A stretch of 62,283 nt of DNA, filler included, from Dugesia japonica (GCA_001938525.1; 5 parts of 5 records of this genome joined end to end with filler, not necessarily neighbours in it); one strand, 5' to 3'; shown: positions 25,216 through 36,844, numbered from the whole stretch's first letter. Numbers and translations: made by a program. Notes: generated by a model not told the origin, from the letters alone.

Positions 25216-26999
25216 ATTTAAATTAAAAATACTTTTTTTTCATAAAGATTTATTTGAGTATAAAAAAACACAACACTAAGCAAATATTAAGTAAACAAAT
25301 TTCGATTTTCTTTGCAATATTTTTAACTTTCCATATAACTCCTAAAGAATTAATGTACGTCTTGAAACCTTTAATCTCCACTTGAATCATATATTGGCTA
25401 CTGTCTTCATATTGGTTTTCGTCTCTTTCTTTAAAACCTATATAAATAGCCTCATAAACTTTAATTAGTCTGCTTAATCTAGCAAACAGAGCTTCCAGTA
25501 TATTTCTATCCTTCTCATGAATTCCAAATAGAAACAGACTAAATTTAGATCTTTTTATTGAAACTGGTTTCTAAAAAAAATATTTATTTATAATGAAAAA
25601 CAAAAATAATTACTTTGAAGTCATAAATAATTTGAGTCTAAAAAGAACAATTTTTAATGGAGGAAATCTATATCTTTTCCATTTTCTACAGTTATTGTGG
25701 GCGAGTTTTCCTTAGTGAGTTGGTTTTCTTGCCTTTTTGAATTGTAAAAGTGTTTAATTTTATGTAAACCTTTCTATATATACTACTTGCAATACACACA
25801 TACTAATTATTTGCGAGTTCCTATTTGTTAATGTTTGCTAAAATTGAAATTATTTATTAATATCTGTTTTAACAGTTATGATTGGTTACCGTGTTTATAT
25901 AATTAGGACTTGTTTTTAAAATAAATTCACTTTTTACAAAATGAATACTTGTGAAATTCCTTTTGAAAACACTGTCCAAGGAAAAATAGACTTGAAAATA
26001 ATACTAACTAAGAAGAAATAGAAACTATCATTGCAACCATCAATATTAATGAAGATCAAACTGTCATTCAAGATGAAAAGATAAAAGATGCATACCCTGT
26101 CGAGGAAGAAGATGGTGTTTGCTTTGAATATTTGGATAAAAGATATGAACATTATTATGGTATGAGTTTAATTTATTATAACTTTATTTAATTTTCTTTT
26201 TAGATTTAGCCAAACAGATATTGAATGAAAGGTTTCCAGAATATTATAATGACTGTGAACTGATGACTACAAAGGAATACTTAATGAATTATATGAGTTA
26301 TTCCCAATATATTTTTAGAAATTATTTTAATGAATCATTGCTTAATAAAAGTTTTCTATTATAAATTAAACATTAATTAAAAAATACATCTGAAATTTAA
26401 TTTGATTTTAAAATATTTCAAAATTTCATCAANNNNNNNNNNNNNNNNNNNNNNNNNNNNNNNNNNNNNNNNNNNNNNNNNNNNNNNNNNNATTTAACCG
26501 TAAAAAATATTAAATTTAATCATAAAAATATATAATTGAAATCTAATTTACTTTCAAAACACGATGAAACAATTAATTTCAAAAGTATAGTTTTAATCAA
26601 ATTTCACATTAAAAATTAATCAATTCACCATACCTAATTTATTCAATAAATTATATGAGATATTTTCAATAAATAATTACAAATTTGTCAAAATTACCAA
26701 TACTTAATAAAAAATTCCTATTGTAAATTATTGTCAATTAAGAACAGGTAAAATAAATAAATATTAATTAAACAGATTATTTACTACTAGTATAAACCTG
26801 CAAATAGTGGATACAAACCAGTAAGTAATAGAAAAGACCATTTTTCAGTAAGATCATTGATGACTGAAATCTAGTGCACTGTGATCAGAACACTGAAATC
26901 CAGTGCACAGCGATCAGATCATTGAAATCTATAGCACGGCAATCAGAACACTGTGATCATAGCTTTGATAACTAAGTACTAGCGAGGTGTGGGAAAATC

Positions 27000-29123
27000 A
27001 ATACAAAAAATAGGTTGAATCGAGTAAATTATTAAACTATTTTATGTTTCTCATGGACTCCAAAAACGAAGTACTTGTTTTTTAATATAACTTTTATCTA
27101 TAAATTTTGATGATTTTTAACCGTGTTATTCGTACCTACCGTAAAATTTCACATCCTATAGTATCAATTTCTACAAAATTTGAGTTACTTTTGATATTTA
27201 TCGAAAAATATCAGAAAGTCCTGGACTAAAAACTGAGACTATATTTAAACTTTGCACAGTTAAATATTCTTTCTGAGTAAAATGATGCCCAATTTGAAAC
27301 CTTACGAGTTATGTATGCAGAGAAAATTGAGTATAAAAATTCGAAATTTGAGATTTTTTCACCATAAAACACTATTTACTTCATCGAATATAATCTTTGG
27401 CGATTTGAAGTTAACATATTTGAAATCAGCAAAAGATTCTCTATCAAATAGATACTTTCTAAACCTATTTAAGAAGAAAAATACATTTGAAAAATTTTTA
27501 TTTTTGTAAAATAATCGCCGTAATATTCTCAGCAGTTTGGNATAAAAATCTTTGAAATCTTAGATACAGAACATATTTTATCAAAGCTTTAGACTGTTAA
27601 CCCAGACTCCCATAAAAATTTCATTTAAACATTTTTAAATTTTCATATTATTTAAACAACATGAACGGTTTGTACGGATTCCATAAAAACTTCCAATAAA
27701 AAATTTAGCGACCAGATTAATTACATTATGTAATGCACACAAATGTGTGCTGCCGCCTATTTACATTAGAAAAATACGAAAAAACTTATTATTAGTATTA
27801 TTATTATTATAAATATTATTATTTTATTATTATTATTTTTATTATTATTAATTATTATTTATTTTTTTATTTATATTATAATTGTTATAATAATAATTAT
27901 TATTATAATTATTAGTATTATTAGTTTTTATTAATATTAATATTATTAATATTTTTTTTTGTTTATTATATTCATTTTGTCAAATATACTCTGCTTTGTT
28001 TTATAATTTCTTTATGGACTTAGTTATGATTTTCATTATTAGTATAATTATGGTCTTATAATTGGCAGAGCAGCTTCACAAAAGGCAGTGAGGTGATTTA
28101 TGTCAGTGATCAGTAATTGATGTATCTTTAGATACCAATGTATCATGGCATAAATCCAATACCTCTCTACGGAAGAGGGAGCCTTATTTATATAAAACAA
28201 TTATGATTTTTATTATAACAGTAATATTATAAATGTTTTTAATGTCATTTTAAATAATAATTATTATTAATTTTATTATTTATACGTTATAATATATTGT
28301 AAATTTTCATGACATGGTTGAAACATTTGTAAATTTTGCATAAAATGATTGTGTATTTTACGAAATTAACATAACATTGTTGAGTAAATAATTGACTTCA
28401 TATTATAAAGTAAACTTCAATTTAATTTTTACGATCAAAGTAGAATATTAGAACAAAGTAGAATTAAAATAATCACCAAAAGACTGAGAAAAATTAACCA
28501 AAATGACCAATCTGGAGAGAATATTAGACAAAATCACCCAAAATGGCCCCAAATTGACTATTTCTAAAGAAGTAATTGACCAAAATGCCTAAAACCTAAG
28601 ATAAACTAAACCATTTCGAGTAAATTATTGATAGATTTGTCAAAAATGAGATAAGTTTACCTAAACCATCAAAAAATTAATCTCATTCAACTTTACCGAT
28701 GAACTTGTCAACCAAATCATCCAAAACTGAACAATCTCTAGGAAACATTTGATCAAATCACTCAAAACATTACCCAAATTAATCATTTATGAAAGAAACT
28801 TTCAACTAAATTAACATAAAACCGACTTTATTCGACATAATTGTGAAAATTGTAGATAAAAACCACCTAAAATCAATCAAAAATTTACCTTACTCGACAT
28901 CACCAAACAAATTCTCAACTAAAAAGACTAAAATAATACTTCTGCTTAAAAGGCCTAAAAAAATTTCCCAACTAAATACACAGGGAAATATTGACACAGT
29001 AAATCCGATTTCCTAATATACTCTCAATTTTTTTAAAATTTTCCAACTAATTGCATTAGGAATAAATTTCATTACGTCAGGGGTTATCGAATGTGTGCTG
29101 TGTCAGTGCGCCAGTATCTATCT
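27000..29123 (+). mobile_element. Family B terminal region
   Basis: Blocks homologous to 11950-12900; ends TGTCAGTGCGCCAGTATCTATCT at a gap. Confidence 0.65.
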
Positions 29124-29569
29124 NNNNNNNNNNAAAAAAACTTCATATTATATCTTATCCAAATTCATTAAAAACCATCTAAAAATATACATAATCGAGT
29201 AAATTATTAAACTAATTTCTGAACTTCGAGGACTCCAAAATTAAATAGGTATTATTTTCAAAATAATTTTTTTTCTATAAGGTTTTGGTGATTTTAGATG
29301 CTGTTATTCTTGATCAGCGAAATAGTTTATATCGAATATATTATTGTGAATTTTGAGATACTTTTGATATTTTCAAAAAAAGTTACCAAAATCCGGGAGG
29401 ATAGTTGTGCATATTCGTAAGGAAGCAGTTTTCTTTAGAAGATATTTTAACTTTGCATAGTCTCTTTTTCTCTTGATTAAAATAATAACAAATTTAATTT
29501 TGTAATTCAAAAGTAAACATTTTCAAAGTTTATTAAAATTATAATAAATCAATAAAATTTAAACAATCA

Positions 29570-31644
29570 TCTTAAAATATTATATCTAACATCAGTTTTT
29601 TTAATCTTTTTGATCATCAATTTTTGTAGCCACTCGATCCTTCGTGATTTATGGATTCTAGAATAATTTAAAAGCGCTTGACATGGGCTAAGAAATTTTG
29701 ATATTTCAAAAGAACCTTCATATCTTTATCTATTTTTCTTCAAGTTGTGAGATTCTACCTTTACTAGAACTTCTTCCCCTTCAATGCATTCGGAATAAAT
29801 TTCATTATGCCACCGGTTATTGAATATGTGATGTGTCAGTACGCCAGTATCTATCTACTCTTATAAAAAAATCCGGTGTTCTCTTTTATCTGATTCATAT
29901 TCATTTAAATTCAATGCCACATTTTTAAAATTTTTATCAACTAATTCTNNNNNNNNNNNNNNNNNNNNNNNNNNNNNNNNNNNNNNNNNNNNNNNNNNNN
30001 NNNTTTTTCTTACATAAACTTTTTCACACGGTGATACTCCAGTTGCCTTTTGTTGGGTTGCATTAATTGAAAATTGAGTTCAAGGTAATAGCTTATCCCA
30101 ACTAACTTCTTCACATCCACTTTTTATTGTAGGGACAATCATATCACTTAGAGTCCTGATCGTTCTTTCTGCCAATCCGTTTGATTGATGTTGGAATGGA
30201 GATGTAAAATCTTAGGTAATTTCAAATTTCTGTATCATTCCTGTCATAGGTTCCCTTCGAATATCTTGCCTCTATCTGTCAGTAGGGATTTATGCTTGCC
30301 GAATCTATATATCCAATTCTCTTTAATTGATTTAACTACATATTTTTGTCTTGTTTTGCTATGGCTGACAGGCTAACAAGATTTCTGTATCGATCTATAA
30401 TGACTAAAGCATACTTCTTCTTTTACTTTGATTCATTAAAATAAGCTATATCAATGACAATCTGTTCTAATGCTCCAAATTCGGTTCGAGGTAATAAAAA
30501 TTTGTTTGTTTTTTCTTTATATTTATTTCTTTGATTGCAAATTAAGCATTTGTTAACTCATGTTCAATCTTTCTGAATATATCATGAGTAGATGGATAGT
30601 AGGGGTCTGGCGCACACACATTCAGTAACCCCCCCCCCGCCGATTAGTGATGTAATTNNNNNNNNNNNNNNNNNNNNNNNNNNNNNNNNNNNNNNNNNNN
30701 NNNNNNNAATGACAATCTGTTCTAATGCTCCAAATTCGGTTCGAGGTAATAAAAATTTGTTTGTTTTTTCTTTATATTTATATCTTTGATTGCAAATTAA
30801 GCATTTGTTAACTCATGTTCAATCTTTCTGAATATATCATGCCAAAAATACGTTGTTTGAATATATTTAGTTAATTTTCTCATTCCCAAGTGACATAATT
30901 CTTCATGACTGTAATTTATTAAACCAACCACTGATTTACCTGCTAAAACAATGATCTTCGAATTTTTATCAAGAAACAGAAATATATCTTCTTTCATAAC
31001 GAATATTTCAATATCACTGAAGAATTTGGTTTAATTTAAATTTTTACTAACTTGGAAGCTTTGATCTTTAATATAATCAATTATATCTTTGATAATTTGA
31101 TAATTACTTTGAATTTTTATGATACTTTCTTTATCATAATTTGAGCTTTCTACAATATTAATTTGCCAAACTCTAGATTTTCCCCCTTTTGCTTCGTGAT
31201 GACTCGTCAAACATTTGGCAAATAAATTTTTTCCTATTTTTGATAATCCATCACTATTACCATGATCAATGGCTTTGCAAAATTGAAGATCAATTTCAAA
31301 TTTTATTAGGTTTGTAATCCACGTCTAGAACTGTGAACTAATTGATTTACTTGTTGTTTTCATAAACACTAATGCCATATGATCAGTTAAGGCGATGAAC
31401 TGTTTTACATAATGCTTGAAATGAATCATAAATTCGTGAATTTCCAATAATTCCTTTCTGGTTAGACAATAAACCTTTTCATGATCATTTAAANTACGAG
31501 ATGCATAAGCAATAATAGTTTCTACACCATCTATCGACAATTGATTCAAATTGCATATTTTTTCTTTTAGTAGTTTAAAACTGCTGTAACATTCATAAGT
31601 ACACTCAACGACTTCTTTTGATCCAGTTATTGCTGCGTATAATG
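29570..31644 (-). pseudogene. Ty3/Gypsy pol relic (RNase H and integrase)
   Basis: IAYASR.LNDHEKVYCLTRKELL, ALTDHMAL, HGNSDGLS, HEELCHLG, IVIDIAY, TDRGKIF, SNGLAERTIRTL and ATGVSP. Confidence 0.88.
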
Positions 31645-31744
31645 NNNNNNNNNNNNNNNNNNNNNNNNNNNNNNNNNNNNNNNNNNNNTTAATTAATTAA
31701 NNNNNNNNNNNNNNNNNNNNNNNNNNNNNNNNNNNNNNNNNNNN
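31645..31744. other. Artificial contig spacer
   Basis: 44N-TTAATTAATTAA-44N. Confidence 0.95.
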
Positions 31745-31883
31745 ACTCATATTCTCCAAATCCTGAAACCCGCAGTTCGACATCAAAACCTAAAACCTAA
31801 AACCGGGATATGCATATCCCAAATAAAAAAAATATAAATCCCAAATAAAAAAAGTGATAGGATTAAATTGGTGGTAGTATAAA

Positions 31884-32324
31884 ATGGCAAACCCAAATGA
31901 AAATGAAAATAATTTAAGGATATATAAAAATTATAACATTAAATATTTTTTAGAAAATATTGTTAAATTTGAAAGAATAAAATTTCACCCAAGATTAAAA
32001 AATATTAAAAGATTACAAAATGAAATTCTACAAATTATCATCGATTATTTTTACAGATTCGGGAGAATTGTGATAAGCATAGATGTAGGAGGTAAATATA
32101 TAAAAATGATTAATGGTGAATTAGTTGAAAACAATTTTAGTTGTTATTGTTGTGATATTAGAATTAGTACAGAAAGTGAAATTAAAAATTCTGTAAATAA
32201 AATTTTTAAGAAACTCGATAAACACATTAAAGATTCTGATAATGATGATACAGAATTTGACAGAGAATTTAATTGGAAACTTAAAAATATTGTAGGAGTT
32301 AAAATTACAATATACAAATATTAA
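31884..32324 (+). CDS. Stand-alone paralog of the pPolB terminal-protein-like domain (146 aa)
   Basis: Colinear with pPolB aa 122-252: YKNYNIKYFLEN/YEHYKIKYFLES, IIIDYF/IITKYF, GKYIKMIN/GNYSKMVN, RISTESEI/RIILESEI, W..KNIVGVKITIYKY/W..NYIVDYKIQMCKY. Confidence 0.88.
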   Translation: MANPNENENNLRIYKNYNIKYFLENIVKFERIKFHPRLKNIKRLQNEILQIIIDYFYRFGRIVISIDVGGKYIKMINGELVENNFSCYCCDIRISTESEIKNSVNKIFKKLDKHIKDSDNDDTEFDREFNWKLKNIVGVKITIYKY

Positions 32325-32453
32325 AATGTTTTTTTTATGGAATAAATGAAAGTGTCAAATAAATATAAGTTTAAATAAATATAAATCTAAATAAAAAAAT
32401 AAAAATAAGCGTAGTAAAAAAGTGTAGTATGATTAAATTGTATATTTAGAAAA

Positions 32454-35400
32454 ATGGCAACGGCATCAACTCCTATCTTTAAATGTAATCATTGCAATAG
32501 AACATTTAAGAATAATGCAGGTCTTGGATCTCACACCAAATACAGAGTATGTTCTTCTATTTCAACTAAAATTAAATGTCCAAAACCTGGCTGTAATAAA
32601 TATTTCAATACAAAATTAGGTTTAGATAATCATTTAACATCAACAACTTGTGGAACTCTACTAGAAGTAAATTTAGAATGTACAATTTGTAATAGAAAAT
32701 TTAAAACTATATCCCACACAAGAGGACATTATAATTCTAATAGACATAAAGATAAAGTAAATCAACAAACAAACGCACCACCCTATATTGATCTAGAAAT
32801 TGAAGCCATTTTGGGAATGTATGAACACTATAAAATTAAATATTTTTTAGAAAGTGCAGTTGAAATGGGAAATCCTGTTGAAGAAAATATTTTAGAATAT
32901 GTTCAAGATATCAAAATATTTAAAGATGAGGCCGAAGAAATTATTACCAAGTATTTTAACTACGGTAAAAAAATTCTTGTATCAATGTCGGCAAAAGGTA
33001 ATTATTCAAAAATGGTTAATAATGTATACGAAGAAAGAGAATTTGTTTCTTATTCAATCAATAATAGAATTATTTTAGAAAGTGAAATAGCAGACGTTAC
33101 AACTCGTATGTTTACTTTTTTAGAAAATAAGATTCAAGATGAAGATAAACAAGAATCCGGATGGACGTTTAATTATATTGTGGATTATAAAATTCAAATG
33201 TGTAAATATCAATCTTTATCAGGAGCCACATTTCAAAAATTACCATTTAAAAAACCAGGATTATTAAATATAAAAAATTATGATAATAAATGTTTTGCCT
33301 ATTCAATCTTGGGCCACAAATATAGAGATTTTCATAATCCAGAAAGAGTGGGTAATTACACCCCACATTTAGATGAATTAAATTTTGAAGGATTAGAATT
33401 CCCAATAAATATTTGTGATGTGGAAAAATTTGAAGAATTAAATGATTGGAGTGTAAATGTATTTTCAGTAAGTAATACTAAAAAATTAGAACCGTTACAC
33501 ATTTCCCATTATAATACAAGACCCTCATCATTAGAAAAGAAATGTAATTTATTAATTTACAAAGAACATTACATGTTATGTAAAAATCTTAATGTGTTTT
33601 TTACAGCAAATGGAAATCAAAGTTATTTATGTGTGAGATGCATGAATTGTTATTCAAGCGAAGAAGTATTAAAGAAACATCAAGATCTTTGTGTTGAGCA
33701 CAAACCTAATAATATTAAATTCCCAAAAGAAGAATATTATACTTTTACTAAACATTATCAGAAAAATAAAGCAGCATTTTATATGTGTGGGGATTTTGAA
33801 TCTTATACTAACACCATAACAAACAAACAAAAAACTTTATCTCTTGGGATTTATGTAAAATCCGATTATCCAAATTTATTACAAAGTAAATATTATGAAT
33901 TTTCTGGTGAAGATACACATCAACAAATGTTTAAGTTTTTGGAAGAGATGAATGAAAAAATAGACGACATCAAAGAAAATAAATTAATAAAAGAATACAT
34001 GGGAAGAAATCATCCATTATTTGATGAAAATGTTAATTGTAGATATTTTGATAGACCAGTTATAGATGAAGTAATTGATCACAATCATTTCAATGGAAAA
34101 TTTCGCGGATGGGTTTGCAGAAAATGTAACATAAGAGATCTTTCAGTTAGAAATTTATTTATTCCATTTTATTTCCATAATTTATCAGGATACGACTCTC
34201 ATTTATTTTTCCTTGAATTATTAGAATATTCTCCAGGAAAAGTAAAAAATATAATTCCTTACAGTTCAGAAAATTACATTTCATTCCATTATGGGAGTAT
34301 TAGATTTCTAGATTCCAATAGATTAATTCCATTTACACCAGTTGAAAAAATGGGGCAATTATTAACTAAATCTAAGAATTATCCAATACTAAAATCTTTC
34401 AATTTAAAACCTAAAAAAGCAATATTTCCTTATGAATATGTAAAAGGAAAAGATATTTACCAAGTTGAAGAATTATTAAAAAAAACTACACCACCAACAA
34501 AAGATGATTTCTTTAACACATTAAGACAAAAAGAAATATCTGACAATGAACATGATGAATTTTTAATAGATTTTTTGAGTTTCAATAATATGTGGGAATA
34601 CACACTCCATTATATGAAATTGGATGTTTTAATTTTAGCAGATTATATTGAAAATTTTAGAAACAAAACAATGTCAAGCGTCCTTAAACTTGACCCATGT
34701 TATTCTTATTCAATGCCCGGTTTTGGATGGGAATGTGGAAATTATTATGCCTCTGCAAAATTAAAATATGCAAAACCCGAAATTTATAATATATTTTTAC
34801 TAGGTGAAAAAGGTCTTAATGGTGGCCCATCATCTGAATTGGGTGAAAGACAAATATTTGGACATGATAAAATTAAAGAGCCATGTGGTAGACGATTAAA
34901 TCAAGCACAATATGAAGATTTATTAAAAATGGTTAATACTCATGAATTTCTTCCAGATGAATATGTTGATGATTTAATGGAAGACACATTTATTAAATAT
35001 TTGGATGAAAATTCACTTTATGGAACTGGAATGACAAAGGCACTTCCAACTGGAGAAATGAGAGAATGCACTGACTTAACATATGAAAAAGCAACAGATA
35101 CACTGAATTATATTTATGAAGTGGATTTAGATTATCCACCAGAGATACATGAGAAAACAAGATACTTTCCATTATGTCCTGAGAAAATAAATATCACAGA
35201 AGACATGTTAAGTAATTATCAAAAAAGTTTTAATAGGAAGCTAGGAAAAGAAAATATAAAATTAACACTAAATCAATTCGATAAAAAAAATTATGTAACA
35301 CTAGGATCAACACTAGATTTATATCTCGAAATAGGAATGAAAATAACAAAGATTCACAGAAAGATAGAAATGGAAGTAAAACCATGGTTTAGAGATTATG

Positions 35401-36290
35401 TATTAAAATTAGTTGAATTGAGAAAAGAAGCCAAAGCAAATGATGATGCATCAGGTGATCACATTTATAAATTAATGTTAAATGCTTATTATGGAAAAAG
35501 TTTAGAGAATATTAGAAATCGATGCGATGTTGAAATTGTTGACAACGATAGGGATTACCAGAAATTCGCATCAAAACTAACATTTAAATCTAGTAAAATA
35601 TTTACAACAAATGAAACAGGAAAAGGAAAAATAGCAGCAATGCATATGATGAAATCGAATTTATATTACAACAAATTTCCTTATCTTGGATTTACTATTT
35701 TGGAACATGCAAAATTTATAATGTATGATTTTGTGTATAGAAAAATGCAACCATTAGTTGGGCAAGGAAATTTTAAAATACACTACACCGATACAGATTC
35801 ATTATTTGTAGAGATAAAAGGAAGAGAAAATCTAAAAAAATTAGAAAGTTTACTTGGAAATGAACTCGGTCAAATGAAAGATGAATTACCAAATGGGGAA
35901 ATAATTCAAGCAGATTTTATAAGACCTAAAAATTATGCTTATAACTACACTACTACATCAACATCAGCACCAGGCCTTAACTTTGCATCGAGAAATAAAG
36001 GAATTCAAAGTTCAAATAAATTTTTGATGAAAGATTATGATGAAGTTTTAAATAATCCAAAGAAAACATTTTATGGAGCAAATTATTCATTGAAATCAAA
36101 GAATCACGAAATAGAATTAACTAGACAAAAGAAAGTTGCATTAAATGCTTATAGTGATAAATTAATATTAGAAGATAATGGAATTCGAGGATGGCCACAC
36201 GGAAATAAATTTGAATGTGATAATTGTGAGATTTGGCATTTAAGATTAGACTTGATAAATAAAACATTAACATGCATATTTTTATTATAA
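32454..36290 (+). CDS. polB: Protein-primed family B DNA polymerase (1278 aa) with N-terminal zinc fingers, TP-like and vOTU-like domains and an EndoVII-like insert
   Basis: Three N-terminal C2HC/C2H2 fingers; ESGW; NKCFAYSIL...EHY. Exonuclease motifs GDFES, FHNLSGYD and Y...D; DHNHFNGKFRGWVCRKCN. Polymerase motifs DENSLYG, KLMLNAYYGK, YTDTDS and PKNY. Confidence 0.97.
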   Translation: MATASTPIFKCNHCNRTFKNNAGLGSHTKYRVCSSISTKIKCPKPGCNKYFNTKLGLDNHLTSTTCGTLLEVNLECTICNRKFKTISHTRGHYNSNRHKDKVNQQTNAPPYIDLEIEAILGMYEHYKIKYFLESAVEMGNPVEENILEYVQDIKIFKDEAEEIITKYFNYGKKILVSMSAKGNYSKMVNNVYEEREFVSYSINNRIILESEIADVTTRMFTFLENKIQDEDKQESGWTFNYIVDYKIQMCKYQSLSGATFQKLPFKKPGLLNIKNYDNKCFAYSILGHKYRDFHNPERVGNYTPHLDELNFEGLEFPINICDVEKFEELNDWSVNVFSVSNTKKLEPLHISHYNTRPSSLEKKCNLLIYKEHYMLCKNLNVFFTANGNQSYLCVRCMNCYSSEEVLKKHQDLCVEHKPNNIKFPKEEYYTFTKHYQKNKAAFYMCGDFESYTNTITNKQKTLSLGIYVKSDYPNLLQSKYYEFSGEDTHQQMFKFLEEMNEKIDDIKENKLIKEYMGRNHPLFDENVNCRYFDRPVIDEVIDHNHFNGKFRGWVCRKCNIRDLSVRNLFIPFYFHNLSGYDSHLFFLELLEYSPGKVKNIIPYSSENYISFHYGSIRFLDSNRLIPFTPVEKMGQLLTKSKNYPILKSFNLKPKKAIFPYEYVKGKDIYQVEELLKKTTPPTKDDFFNTLRQKEISDNEHDEFLIDFLSFNNMWEYTLHYMKLDVLILADYIENFRNKTMSSVLKLDPCYSYSMPGFGWECGNYYASAKLKYAKPEIYNIFLLGEKGLNGGPSSELGERQIFGHDKIKEPCGRRLNQAQYEDLLKMVNTHEFLPDEYVDDLMEDTFIKYLDENSLYGTGMTKALPTGEMRECTDLTYEKATDTLNYIYEVDLDYPPEIHEKTRYFPLCPEKINITEDMLSNYQKSFNRKLGKENIKLTLNQFDKKNYVTLGSTLDLYLEIGMKITKIHRKIEMEVKPWFRDYVLKLVELRKEAKANDDASGDHIYKLMLNAYYGKSLENIRNRCDVEIVDNDRDYQKFASKLTFKSSKIFTTNETGKGKIAAMHMMKSNLYYNKFPYLGFTILEHAKFIMYDFVYRKMQPLVGQGNFKIHYTDTDSLFVEIKGRENLKKLESLLGNELGQMKDELPNGEIIQADFIRPKNYAYNYTTTSTSAPGLNFASRNKGIQSSNKFLMKDYDEVLNNPKKTFYGANYSLKSKNHEIELTRQKKVALNAYSDKLILEDNGIRGWPHGNKFECDNCEIWHLRLDLINKTLTCIFLL

Positions 36291-36325
36291 TAAAATTTTC
36301 TTATAATAAAATTTTCTTATAATAA

Positions 36326-36844
36326 ATGGTAGAAAATCTAAAAGTAGTAAATCCAACTGAAGAAGAGTTAGAGAAAATTGTAAATAATAAAAAATGTAAA
36401 TCTGTAAAAATTGATGGTAAAAATTATTATATCAGTAAAAAAGTAAAAGAAGAGCTTAAATCTCGCAAAGAAAGTAGTAAAAATGGGGGATTTGCATTCC
36501 TAGCTGCAATCCCAGCAATTATTGGGGCGCTAGCCGGAATCGCGTCCGGAATCGCAAGTACCGTAGCTAGCTCTAAAGATGCAATCAAAACTCAGAAAGA
36601 AATCAAGGCTTTAGACTCTGCAGGTAATGGTATTTATTTAAATCCATATCAAGGTTCTGCAGTTCATAAATATTTTAAAAATATTATCGAAAGTAGCGGC
36701 AGCAGTAGTGGGGAAAACTTTAGAGATTTAACTAGAAACTTTAAAGATGGAATCGAAATAATTAAACAGGGTAATAGATTATATTTAAATCCTTACAAAG
36801 GAACTGGACTCTATTTAAACCCTTACACCACTAACTTAAAATAA
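36326..36844 (+). CDS. Core/membrane-active virion protein with GG|F amphipathic helix and three YLNPY repeats
   Basis: KNGGFAFLAAIPAIIGALAGIASGIA; GNGIYLNPY, GNRLYLNPY and GTGLYLNPY. Confidence 0.75.
   Translation: MVENLKVVNPTEEELEKIVNNKKCKSVKIDGKNYYISKKVKEELKSRKESSKNGGFAFLAAIPAIIGALAGIASGIASTVASSKDAIKTQKEIKALDSAGNGIYLNPYQGSAVHKYFKNIIESSGSSSGENFRDLTRNFKDGIEIIKQGNRLYLNPYKGTGLYLNPYTTNLK

Larger units (their letters stand above)
22720..26290 (-). mobile_element. Internally deleted second copy of element A (inverted relative to 397-7350)
   Basis: Order is subterminal repeats, TBP-like 5' part, homolog of the 1299 gene, homolog of the acidic gene. ATPase and MCP are absent. Confidence 0.75.

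Noticed and set aside
26860-26960. Three to four 29-bp repeats (ACTGAAATCYAGTGCAC..TGATCAGAAC)
   Set aside because: Short degenerate tandem repeat within a dispersed repeat, with no supporting context.
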